Shown: positions 10,167 through 18,010, counted from the first letter of the stretch. The stretch: DNA of 40,000 nucleotides from Maribacter aquimaris (GCF_014596745.1 NZ_JABTCF010000009.1:99646-139645); one strand, 5' to 3'. A program made the numbers and translations. The notes: a model not told the origin generated them from the letters alone.

Positions 10167-10610
10167 CTAAAGATAGAGTCCTTCACGTACCCGGCCCTCA
10201 AAAGGATATTTAATCCCTATTCTTGCCTGAATTCCTTTGGTATAGTAATGATTTATTTCTTTCATTTCAGTAACCAGATCAGCAAATTCAATCAGCTGGT
10301 CAGGAGCGTATCTTCCTGTAATTATTACCTCCAATCCTTCTGGTTTTCCCTTCAATAAATCCATCAGTTCTTCAACACCGAATAATCTGTAGTAGTTAGC
10401 AATATGGGCTTCGTCTAAAACCAAAACATCATATTTTCCGGACAAAATGATTTCAGAAACTTCAATAAACCATCCCTTTAACAAATTGGGCTAAGAAACT
10501 TTCTTGTCCGCACCAACTGCGCGTATGGCAAGCCCCAAGGCAGCCGTTGTTTTTACTTTTCCATTACCTGGATCAGTAGAAAAAAGGCTAAAAGAACCTC
10601 GTTTTTGAAT
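10167..10610 (-). pseudogene. cobO: Decayed cob(I)yrinic acid a,c-diamide adenosyltransferase (CobO/BtuR family)
   Basis: My own translation gives ...STDPGNGKVKTTAALGLAIRAVGADKKVS, TAG at 10491-10493, then PNLLKGWFIEVSEIILSGKYDVLVLDEA...ITGRYAP...LVTEMKEINH. There is no start codon after the upstream stop at 10611-10613. About 40 aa are missing between the P-loop segment and the VLDE box when compared with my recollection of E. coli BtuR. Confidence 0.7.
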
Positions 10611-10674
10611 CTATGGTTTTAGAACAATAATATCCTGGATTACGAAAGAATTTGTTTGCTTTTAATTCCATCGG

Positions 10675-11001
10675 CTAATGTGAAACGGCTTTTAACCCAA
10701 CAATTGAGATAATCAAGGTCGTCAGAAACAACAGCCTTAAAAATGTTGTAGGTTCTTTAAATACAAAAATCCCAACCAATACGGTTCCTACCGCCCCAAT
10801 CCCTGTCCATACCGCATACGCAGTTCCTATTGGTAAAGATTGGGTGGCCTTGATTAAAAGCACCATACTAAAACTTAGGGCTATAAAAAATCCGACATAC
10901 CATAGGTACATTTCATTTCCGGTTGACTCTTTTGCCTTTCCAAGACAGAAAGCGAATGCGACTTCAAAAAGTCCTGCAATTGCCAATAGTATCCAATTCA
11001 T
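10675..11001 (-). CDS. sugE: SMR-family small multidrug/guanidinium exporter (SugE/Gdx type)
   Basis: 108 aa with 4 TM segments; conserved membrane Glu in MNWILLAIAGLFEVAFAF; motifs PIGTAYAVWTGIGAVGT. Confidence 0.85.
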   Translation of the reverse strand: MNWILLAIAGLFEVAFAFCLGKAKESTGNEMYLWYVGFFIALSFSMVLLIKATQSLPIGTAYAVWTGIGAVGTVLVGIFVFKEPTTFLRLLFLTTLIISIVGLKAVSH

Positions 11002-11169
11002 AATTTTGTTCAGGTAGCAGCTAACGTTTTTACATAGGGTTTGTTGCGTATTTCAAACACCAAATTTAGCAATTATAAACGGAATGGAAGTCCACGAAAC
11101 CCAACGCTTCAGGGCTTATAAGAAGGCTTGTGCCAGCAATGGGTTTTAAACGGCCTAAGTCGGGATTGG

Positions 11170-11923
11170 TTATTTATTCCCCTTCCCCGATCCATCTTCC
11201 AATTCCATTTTGATAAGATGTATGATTTGTTCGCCTTCTGATTTAACATTTTCAATATAATCCCTTACTTTATAGGCATATGAAGGTTCAAGATTAACCA
11301 ATTTCCTGAATTCAACGGACGTAAAGGATTCCATCATTTTGACTTTTTCGAACTTTGAAATAAAACTTGGGTTTTTAGTATCAAAGGGACGTAATCCTGA
11401 GGTATGGTTTGAAAAGTTACAAGCGTTTATTTTCACCCTTTCTTTCACCGCATTTAAATATCCATAGTAATTTGCGACAGCGTTTTTTATTGTATCATTT
11501 TCTAATGAGCTGTAAATTCCCAGTATTTACCAGTTCATCATAAGTACTTCTCTTACCAAAATCATATCCACCTGCCCCCCCACCATAGGATACACGATTT
11601 AAGAATTCCAATGTATCGGTCACTATTATTTCATTCTCACAATATTTTTTTGCCAATGTAAGGCCTTCCACTTTTTTGGGTAACCTACTGATAATTATTG
11701 ACTGGTTTAGGTAATTATTATATATCAACTCCTTATCAATACTCTTCAAATACTTTGTTTCCGCTATCCGGTCTAGCCTGCTTTGGTTCCAATTATTGAT
11801 TTGCAATGCAATTAAGATTCCAATAACCACAAGCACAATTTCCCCTATAGCGTATTTCAGATACTTTCCTGTTTTTCCTTCAGAAAGGAAGTGCTGGCGG
11901 ATACCCCTAAAAAATATTATCCT
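11170..11923 (-). pseudogene. Decayed paralogue of the neighbouring FRKIRQ...ALQINNWN membrane-anchored family (I believe Pfam DUF6090)
   Basis: It aligns codon-for-codon with 11987-12739. The start codon position reads AGG (11921-11923; R-I-I-F-F-R-G-I-R-Q versus M-I-K-F-F-R-K-I-R-Q). One extra nt near 11503-11506 splits the gene into the 113-aa and 92-aa track ORFs (...NTGNLQLIRK* / ENDTIKNAVANYYGYLNAVKERVKI...). Total length is 754 nt versus 753 nt for the intact copy. Confidence 0.75.
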
Positions 11924-11986
11924 CTTTTTTACCTTTAATTCCAGCGCTGCAGGCTGGCTCGTTTGTTTAAAATACTACCCAGCTGT

Positions 11987-12739
11987 TTAACCTTGTTGAA
12001 GTTGCCTTAAGATCTGCTCGTCCAGTTTATTCAACGATTCAATTATTTTCTTGTAGGATTTAATATCCAGTGTTATACCCTCCATTTTTAAAGTTACGTT
12101 ATTCCATAACTCGAGGTCATTGAAAAGAAGTTCAAAATTTGTTGGGGTACCTCCTGGTATAAGCCCCTTTCTATATAAGGGTAGTGCAATTTCACTATAG
12201 TTCAGGTTTTTGATGATATATGGCTCTATACGATCATTGTATTGACTGGAGGTGAATTTTTCCATGATATCAATTTCCTTCATTGAATATACATAGTAAT
12301 TGAATGCCAGTTTAACACTGTCATTTTGAACTTTTGATAAATAACCTTGATTTAAAAATTCTTCTGTCACCGGAAAATTCACGTCTAATGTCCAGGAGGT
12401 TCCTAGAGCACCCAAGGTTTCTTTTAAAACAGGAATGGAATCATAGTTTTTAGAGGCTAAAACCTTCAACGTCCTTTTGTTTAAAGACCCAATGTACTTC
12501 GCTTTTTCCGTAAACGATTCCACGGTCTTGATACCCTCTTGAATTTCGCTATGAATACGCTTATAATAATTAGCTACGGTCGCACGATCTATCCTATCTG
12601 AATTCCAGTTGTTTATCTGGAGCGCCATCAAAATACCGATGATGACCAAAACAATCTCCCCTATGGCGTAAGTCAGATATTTCCCGAATTTGTTTTCTAT
12701 TAAAAGCTGTTGCCTGATTTTTCTAAAGAATTTTATCAT
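11987..12739 (-). CDS. Membrane-anchored protein of unknown function, FRKIRQ...YAIGEIVLVIIGILMALQINNWN family (DUF6090-like)
   Basis: Intact 250-aa ORF with a single N-terminal TM segment carrying the family signature. Confidence 0.75.
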   Translation of the reverse strand: MIKFFRKIRQQLLIENKFGKYLTYAIGEIVLVIIGILMALQINNWNSDRIDRATVANYYKRIHSEIQEGIKTVESFTEKAKYIGSLNKRTLKVLASKNYDSIPVLKETLGALGTSWTLDVNFPVTEEFLNQGYLSKVQNDSVKLAFNYYVYSMKEIDIMEKFTSSQYNDRIEPYIIKNLNYSEIALPLYRKGLIPGGTPTNFELLFNDLELWNNVTLKMEGITLDIKSYKKIIESLNKLDEQILRQLQQG

Positions 12740-13046
12740 TTGGTTATTGGTTGGTCATCATAAAGCATAACGGCTAGCCCCTATGTTCGGTTATGGATTT
12801 AAAGATAAGATAAAAGTGACTTTAGGGAACTGGACTAAGACTTTGCATAGGAGGTTGTTGTTGTAAAGCGCTTAATATAATGCTAGGTATTTACCTTCGC
12901 CAAAATCTTTCTACGTTAATATTTTAAATTTCATCTATTATTGATTCTGTCTTTTAATGCAACACAACTTGTTTATATAGCTGTAAAATACACCTTTACA
13001 CCCCTCTATGGGCATACTATGGTTTATTCACTATATCCTTTACCTT

Positions 13047-13460
13047 CTACAAAAAACTCTGTATGGCCAAATCATAACTCTGCAGGCCAAACCCTAAAAT
13101 AACGCCTTTGGCCGCTGGTGAAATATGCGATACATGACGAAAGGCCTCCCGACCGAAGGTGTTGGAAATATGTACTTCGATAACTGGGGTGGTAATACCC
13201 CGGATGGCATCGCCAATACCGATCGAGGTGTGGGTATAGGCCCCGGCATTCAAAATAATACCATCATAGGAAAAACCGACTTCCTGGATCTTGTCAATAA
13301 GCTCCCCCTCGATATTCGATTGGTAATAGGCCAACTCTACCGTTTTGAACTTGGTTTGTAATTCGGTAAAATATGCCTCAAAAGTAGTACTTCCGTATAC
13401 TTCAGGTTCCCGTTTGCCCAAGAGGTTCAAATTGGGTCCGTTGATGATCATTATCTTCAT
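13047..13460 (-). CDS. aroQ: Type II 3-dehydroquinate dehydratase
   Basis: 137 aa; MKIMIINGPNLNLLGKREPEVYG, IILNAGAYTHTS, EVHISN. Confidence 0.95.
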   Translation of the reverse strand: MKIMIINGPNLNLLGKREPEVYGSTTFEAYFTELQTKFKTVELAYYQSNIEGELIDKIQEVGFSYDGIILNAGAYTHTSIGIGDAIRGITTPVIEVHISNTFGREAFRHVSHISPAAKGVILGFGLQSYDLAIQSFL

Positions 13461-13586
13461 TATCCTTGTTTTTATGGGCCTTATGACCCTCGATACTACT
13501 ACAGCACGTGTAACAGCACCCTCAGCAGCATACCACTTGGAGCCTGTGTGTGGCTTTCATTGCATAAATGTATCGATTTATGCGAA

Positions 13587-13616
13587 ATAAAAAAAGGGAA
13601 GCATGATCGCTTCCCC
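13587..13616 (-). terminator. Rho-independent terminator after the OM barrel gene 13654-14166
   Basis: On the minus strand: GGGAAGCGATCATGCTTCCC followed by TTTTTTTAT. Confidence 0.7.
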
Positions 13617-13653
13617 TTCCCTATGGTTATTTTTATGGTATCATCGGTTTAGA

Positions 13654-14166
13654 TCATCGACTGCGTTTCGATTTAAAGGTATACAAGACACCGAGATTCA
13701 AGGTGTTCCAAGAAGCCCCATCGAGCTCTACTGTTGAATATGAAAAATTGACCTCGGTACTGGGGCCCATAAGATACCCGATAACGGGTCGGTAATAGAG
13801 TCCACCATCATTACCGTCATTAATACCTACGGCATACCCCCCATCTACACCAAAGGAGAACGAATTGGAGGTCCATATACGAACCGAGGCGGCCAAAGGA
13901 ATAAATTCCACATTGGGAAAATCGGCTTCTATAGCCTCTGAACTGAAGCTTTCGCCAAAGCCATGTATAAATCCCGTGGCGATACCGATATCGATTGTTT
14001 CGTTCGCAGCATACATATAGCCCGCATCCAAAGCGAGGGTCAAGGTTACGGCATCATTAAAGTCGTTGATGGGAAAGCCCCCGTGAAACCCGAGTTTAAA
14101 GCCTTCTTGGGCAAAAATTCCGGTTCCCATTAAAAGAAAGATCAGGGCGAATAGGTTTTTGTGCAT
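13654..14166 (-). CDS. Small outer-membrane beta-barrel protein (paralogue of 15025-15519)
   Basis: Signal peptide ...GTGIFAQ. It shares GF(K/R)LG..., GINDGNDGG(L/F)YYRP(V/T)(I/V)GY and TLNLGVLY blocks with 15025-15519. Confidence 0.75.
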   Translation of the reverse strand: MHKNLFALIFLLMGTGIFAQEGFKLGFHGGFPINDFNDAVTLTLALDAGYMYAANETIDIGIATGFIHGFGESFSSEAIEADFPNVEFIPLAASVRIWTSNSFSFGVDGGYAVGINDGNDGGLYYRPVIGYLMGPSTEVNFSYSTVELDGASWNTLNLGVLYTFKSKRSR

Positions 14167-14287
14167 TGTGGTTTGGTTTTATAAAAGTGATTGGTTTAAA
14201 CTACCTACGAAAACGCAATGCATCGATTTTTGTTGCAAACCAACCAATTTTAATTCGGGCAAAAGACTTGGCTTCCCTTATAAATTC

Positions 14288-14314
14288 AAAAGAAAACGAC
14301 CCGTTTCGGGGTCG
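14288..14314 (-). terminator. Rho-independent terminator downstream of the decayed barrel gene
   Basis: On the minus strand: CGACCCCGAAACGGGTCG followed by TTTTCTTTT. Confidence 0.6.
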
Positions 14315-14381
14315 CTTTATACCTTTTAATATCGTATTGGTAGTCCTTCCATCGGAAAACAAAACCGGTTGTATCCTTACA

Positions 14382-14888
14382 TTAAAACATAAAGGCTACA
14401 CCGACCTGTAATGCAGACCCCTTAATATTGAGTACGCCACCAGCGGGATCAGAATACCTATCGGTCAGTTCGAAGGAATAACGTGCCTGGATCGTAAAAT
14501 TATCGGTAACATCGAAACCGGCCCCCACGCCTAAATCCACCCCGAGGTACGGAGTACATCATCAACATCGCCATTGGTACCCAAAAGTTCCTCGGCATCG
14601 CGAATGGTATTTTTAATATCGTCGAGATTTGAGGAGAAATTCAATTGGGGTCCGGCCTGTATGTGAAATTTAGGGGCTACATAATATTTGGCCATGATGG
14701 ACAAATAGACAAATGAAAGGTCTTCGGACTTCCCATAGGTCAGTTCTGGCTGTAGATGGAATTTTTCGGTAGCGGCAATATCGACCAAGGCCCCTATATA
14801 AAAACCGATATTGTTGATGTTCCCGTATTTTTTTCGACCCCGACAAGGTTCAAAAGGCAATCAACGGAAGAAGTAATGATTTTTTCAT
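14382..14888 (-). pseudogene. Frameshifted outer-membrane beta-barrel (PorT/OmpA-barrel-like) gene
   Basis: The ATG at 14888 gives MKKSLLLPLIAF and then a stop. The middle part is the track ORF 14531-14860 (...GFYIGALVDIAATEKFHLQPELTYGK...). The C-terminus sits in a third frame (LGVDLGVGAGFDVTDNFTIQARYSFELTDRY...GSALQVGVAFMF*, stop 14382-14384). The lesions lie near a T7 run (14828-14834) and a C4 run (~14540). Confidence 0.65.
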
Positions 14889-14969
14889 AATCGTATAGTG
14901 TTTAGTTCATAAAACACGAATCGTGTACACTACCTAATACAAATACGATGTCTAATCCAAAAAAGGGCA

Positions 14970-15001
14970 TAAAAAAAGCGAAAACTGGATTTGTTTTCGC
15001 T
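14970..15001 (-). terminator. Rho-independent terminator after the OM barrel gene 15025-15519
   Basis: On the minus strand: GCGAAAACAAATCCAGTTTTCGC followed by TTTTTTTAT. Confidence 0.7.
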
Positions 15002-15024
15002 TTTCGTATGATTGAAAATATGTT

Positions 15025-15519
15025 CTATAGATTGAATAGTACGCCTAGGTTGATTGTAGACCAAGTACCACCATCCAAACTAATTCCGGTATAAGAGGCA
15101 TTGATTTCCACACCATCACTAACGGCATAACCTACGGTTGGTCTGTAATAAAAACCACCATCGTTACCATCGTTGATACCTAAGGCATACCCTAAATCGG
15201 TACCGATAGATAATTCTTCGCTAGCTTTGTACCTGGCGACTCCTGCCAATGGCAAAAATTGCACATCTGGGACTTCATAAGTATATTCGCCTTCCCCGAT
15301 TTCCTTACCAAAAGAATTGGTATAACCGGTAGCGACCCCTAAATCGAAATCACCTGCAGTCTCGAACATGTACTGGGCATCCAAACCAATACTAAAGCCT
15401 GAAAGATCACCGGCATCACCAGTGGGCAAACCTAAATTGGCCCCTAGTCTAAAGCCGTCTTGGGCATTCATTGAAAATCCGATTAGCGCAAAGGCCAATA
15501 CTGCTACTACTTTTTTCAT
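15025..15519 (-). CDS. Small outer-membrane beta-barrel protein (paralogue of 13654-14166)
   Basis: Signal peptide MKKVVAVLAFALIGFSMNAQ and conserved blocks shared with 13654-14166. Confidence 0.75.
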   Translation of the reverse strand: MKKVVAVLAFALIGFSMNAQDGFRLGANLGLPTGDAGDLSGFSIGLDAQYMFETAGDFDLGVATGYTNSFGKEIGEGEYTYEVPDVQFLPLAGVARYKASEELSIGTDLGYALGINDGNDGGFYYRPTVGYAVSDGVEINASYTGISLDGGTWSTINLGVLFNL

Positions 15520-15668
15520 AATTGATTGTTTTAAATTGATGGGGCAAACTTAGAATGACTTACATCATTCGACTAATTTTCGTTGTGTAATAATCCAAAT
15601 ATGTTGTGTAATATTGTTTTTTCAGCTTTTTGGAATCGTTTGACGCATATAAATTGAATATTTGTAAA

Positions 15669-16565
15669 ATGAAATGGAAACAAGCTTTAGAAGATTACCA
15701 AGACTATCTTAAGCTAGAACGCGGCCTGTCTGACAACTCCATTAAAAACTACCTTTTGGATGTGGCCAAATTAATTGGCTTTCTTGAAGCCAACACACTC
15801 TCTGTAAGTCCTTTACTTATTGACAAGGAAACCATACAACGGTTTATCTATGAAATCGCGCAAGACGTAAATCCCCGATCACAGGCCCGTATTATTTCGG
15901 GCTTAAAGAGTTTCTTCAACTACTTGACCTTTGAGGATTACCGCACCGACAACCCTATGGATTTGCTTGAATCGCCCAAAATCGGCAGAAAATTGCCCGA
16001 TACCCTTTCTGAGGACGAAATCGATAAGATCATTGGGGCCGTAGACCTTTCCAAACCCGAAGGGGAACGCAACCGCGCCATGCTAGAGACCTTATATGGG
16101 TGTGGACTCCGGGTTTCCGAACTCATAAACCTACGTATATCGGACCTTTTTTTTGAGGAGGATTTTATAAAGGTAACGGGCAAGGGGGACAAACAACGCT
16201 TTGTACCGATCAGTGATTTCAATAAAAAATATATCAATATCTACCGAAATGAGGTTCGGGTGCACCAAAACATACAGAAGGGGTTTGATGATATCCTATT
16301 TTTGAACCGCAGGGGCAAACAACTTACCCGTGCCATGATCTTTACGATCATCAAACAACTCGCTACCAAAATCGAATTGGGCAAAAGTATTAGTCCACAT
16401 ACCTTTCGGCACTCCTTTGCCACCCATTTGTTAAAAAACGGGGCCGACCTTAGGGCCATTCAACAGATGTTGGGCCATGAAAGCATTACCACCACTGAGG
16501 TGTATGTGCACGTCGATCGCTCCCACTTGACCGAGGTCATGGATAAATACCATCCGAGGAAATAG
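15669..16565 (+). CDS. xerD: Tyrosine site-specific recombinase XerD
   Basis: The ATG at 15669 (MKWKQALEDYQDYLKLERGLSDNSIKNY, SAM-like N-domain) is preferred to the track start 15630. Catalytic region HTFRHSFATHLL ... LGHESITTTEVYVHV. Confidence 0.9.
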   Translation: MKWKQALEDYQDYLKLERGLSDNSIKNYLLDVAKLIGFLEANTLSVSPLLIDKETIQRFIYEIAQDVNPRSQARIISGLKSFFNYLTFEDYRTDNPMDLLESPKIGRKLPDTLSEDEIDKIIGAVDLSKPEGERNRAMLETLYGCGLRVSELINLRISDLFFEEDFIKVTGKGDKQRFVPISDFNKKYINIYRNEVRVHQNIQKGFDDILFLNRRGKQLTRAMIFTIIKQLATKIELGKSISPHTFRHSFATHLLKNGADLRAIQQMLGHESITTTEVYVHVDRSHLTEVMDKYHPRK

Positions 16566-17912
16566 TTGGTAGTTGCTGTTCGCTGCTGGCTAATCGCTGT
16601 TCGCTAATGGCTAGTGGCTAATGGCTTTGCGCTTTGCGCTTTGCGCTGCTGGCTGTTCGCTATTCGCTTTGTGCTAATTGCTAATTGTACATTGTTCACT
16701 GCTTACTGTTCACTGTACACTGTTCACTGCTTACTACTATGAACAAAAAACTTTTAACTTATAACTCCCAACTTGGCTGTTCGCTTTTCGCTGCTGGCTA
16801 ATCGCTGTGCGCTATTCGCTATACGCAGACCGCTTATTGCTAATGGTTAATGGCTAATGGCTGTTCGCTTTTCGCTGTTCATTGTTAATTGATCATTGCC
16901 CACTGCCCACTGTTCACTGTTCACTGTTCACTGTTCACTGCTTACTGCTTACTGCTTACTGCTTACTGCTTACTACTATGAACAAAAAACTTTTAACTTA
17001 TAACTCCCGACTTATAACTTCCAACTTGGCTTTTGGCTTTTGTCCCTTGGCTGTTCGCTATTCGCTTTGTGCTAATTGCTAATTGCTAATTGTACATTGT
17101 TCACTGCTTACTGTTCACTGCTTACTGTTCACTGTCCACTGTTCACTGCTTACTGCTTACTGCTTACAGTCCATTGCTTACTGCTTACTACTATGAACAA
17201 AAAACTTTTAACTTATAACTCCCAACTTGGCTGTTCGCTTTTCGCTGCTGGCTAATCGCTATTCGCTATACGCAGACCGCTTATTGCTAATGGTTAATGG
17301 CTGTTCGCTGTTCATTGTTAATTGATCATTGCCCACTGTCCACTGCCCACTGTCCACTGTCCACTGTTCACTGTACACTGCTTACTGCTTACTGCTTACA
17401 GTCCATTGCTTACTGCTTACTGCTATGAACAAAAAACTTTTAACTTACCCCTTATAACTTCCAACTTGGTTTTTGGCTTTTGTCCCTTGGCTGTTCGCTA
17501 ATCGCTTTGCGCTGTTCATTGTTAATTGTTCATTGTCCACTGTTCACTGTTCACTGTTCACTGTCCACTGTCCACTGTCCACTGTTCACTGTACACTGTA
17601 CACTGTTCACTGCTTACTGCTTACTGCTTACTGCTTACTGCTTACTACTATGAACAAAAAACTTTTAACTTACCCCTTATAACTTTAAACTTGGCTGTTA
17701 GCTGTTTGCCATTCGCTGTTCGCCAATTGTTAATTGCTTATTGGTCATTGTTAATTGCTCACTGCCCACTATTTACAGCTCACTGTCCACTGCCCACTCT
17801 TTACTGCTCACTGTCCACTATCCACTGCCCACTGTCCACTGCCCACTGTTCACTGTTCACTGTTCACTGCCCACTGTTCACTGCTTACTGTTCACTGTCC
17901 ACTGTCCACTGT
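16566..17912 (+). repeat. Heptanucleotide-lattice composite satellite, locus 1 (5 anchored units plus 1 degenerate unit)
   Basis: Heptad blocks of GCTNNNN, then AATTG/CATTG, then YYNACTG (TTCACTG, CTTACTG, CCCACTG, TCCACTG), followed by the anchor CTATGAACAAAAAACTTTTAACTTA. Anchor ATGs lie at 16739, 16978, 17193, 17425 and 17650 (spacing 239/215/232/225). I verified by hand one unbroken 7-nt lattice from 16575 to 17421. Confidence 0.95.
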
Positions 17913-18010
17913 TCCCCCATCCTTTTCGCCTAAATCCTTTTTTTTCTGACCAAAGTGTAACATTTTTGTAAAACGGACTACTTATAACGTAACAACCACC
18001 AAACAAAATC

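Noticed and set aside
11002-11169. A guanidine riboswitch (ykkC, mini-ykkC or ykkC-III) in the sugE 5' region
   Set aside because: Read on the minus strand, I found no ACGR-loop hairpin pair and no ykkC-like conserved GGGA/ACGR segments. A covariance-model search would be needed to be certain.
16739-16801. Mini-ORFs starting at each anchor ATG (MNKKLLTYNS...) as a repeated small-peptide gene
   Set aside because: Peptide length and sequence differ between short and long anchors (20 vs 34 aa). All locus-3 copies have a 1-nt insertion giving MNKKPFNL-stop while the downstream DNA stays conserved. Conservation is therefore not at the protein level.
16566-17912. CRISPR-array interpretation of the anchor/variable-segment pattern
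   Set aside because: The 'spacers' are low-complexity heptad microsatellites of variable length (160-240 nt), not unique 30-40-nt sequences. The anchor is not a 24-48-nt partially palindromic repeat. No cas genes or leader are present in the window.
15669-17912. A functional link between xerD and the adjacent array (a dif-like or recombinase target in ACTTATAACT-CCCG-ACTTATAACT)
   Set aside because: The xerD gene looks like the housekeeping copy in its usual aroQ-linked neighbourhood. The other two loci have no recombinase nearby. The anchor half-sites are direct repeats, not the inverted 11-6-11 architecture of dif. No support beyond adjacency.
16882-17971. Track ORFs 16882-17082, 17473-17682, 17526-17933, 17741-17971 and 17755-17949, which encode Cys/Leu/Thr-rich 'proteins' ([16 protein letters not shown]...)
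   Set aside because: They are artefacts of the heptad arrays. A 7-nt repeat lacking stop triplets on the + strand is open in all three frames and yields 7-aa periodic pseudo-proteins. The ORFs overlap each other in different frames, and their boundaries coincide with the repeat blocks.
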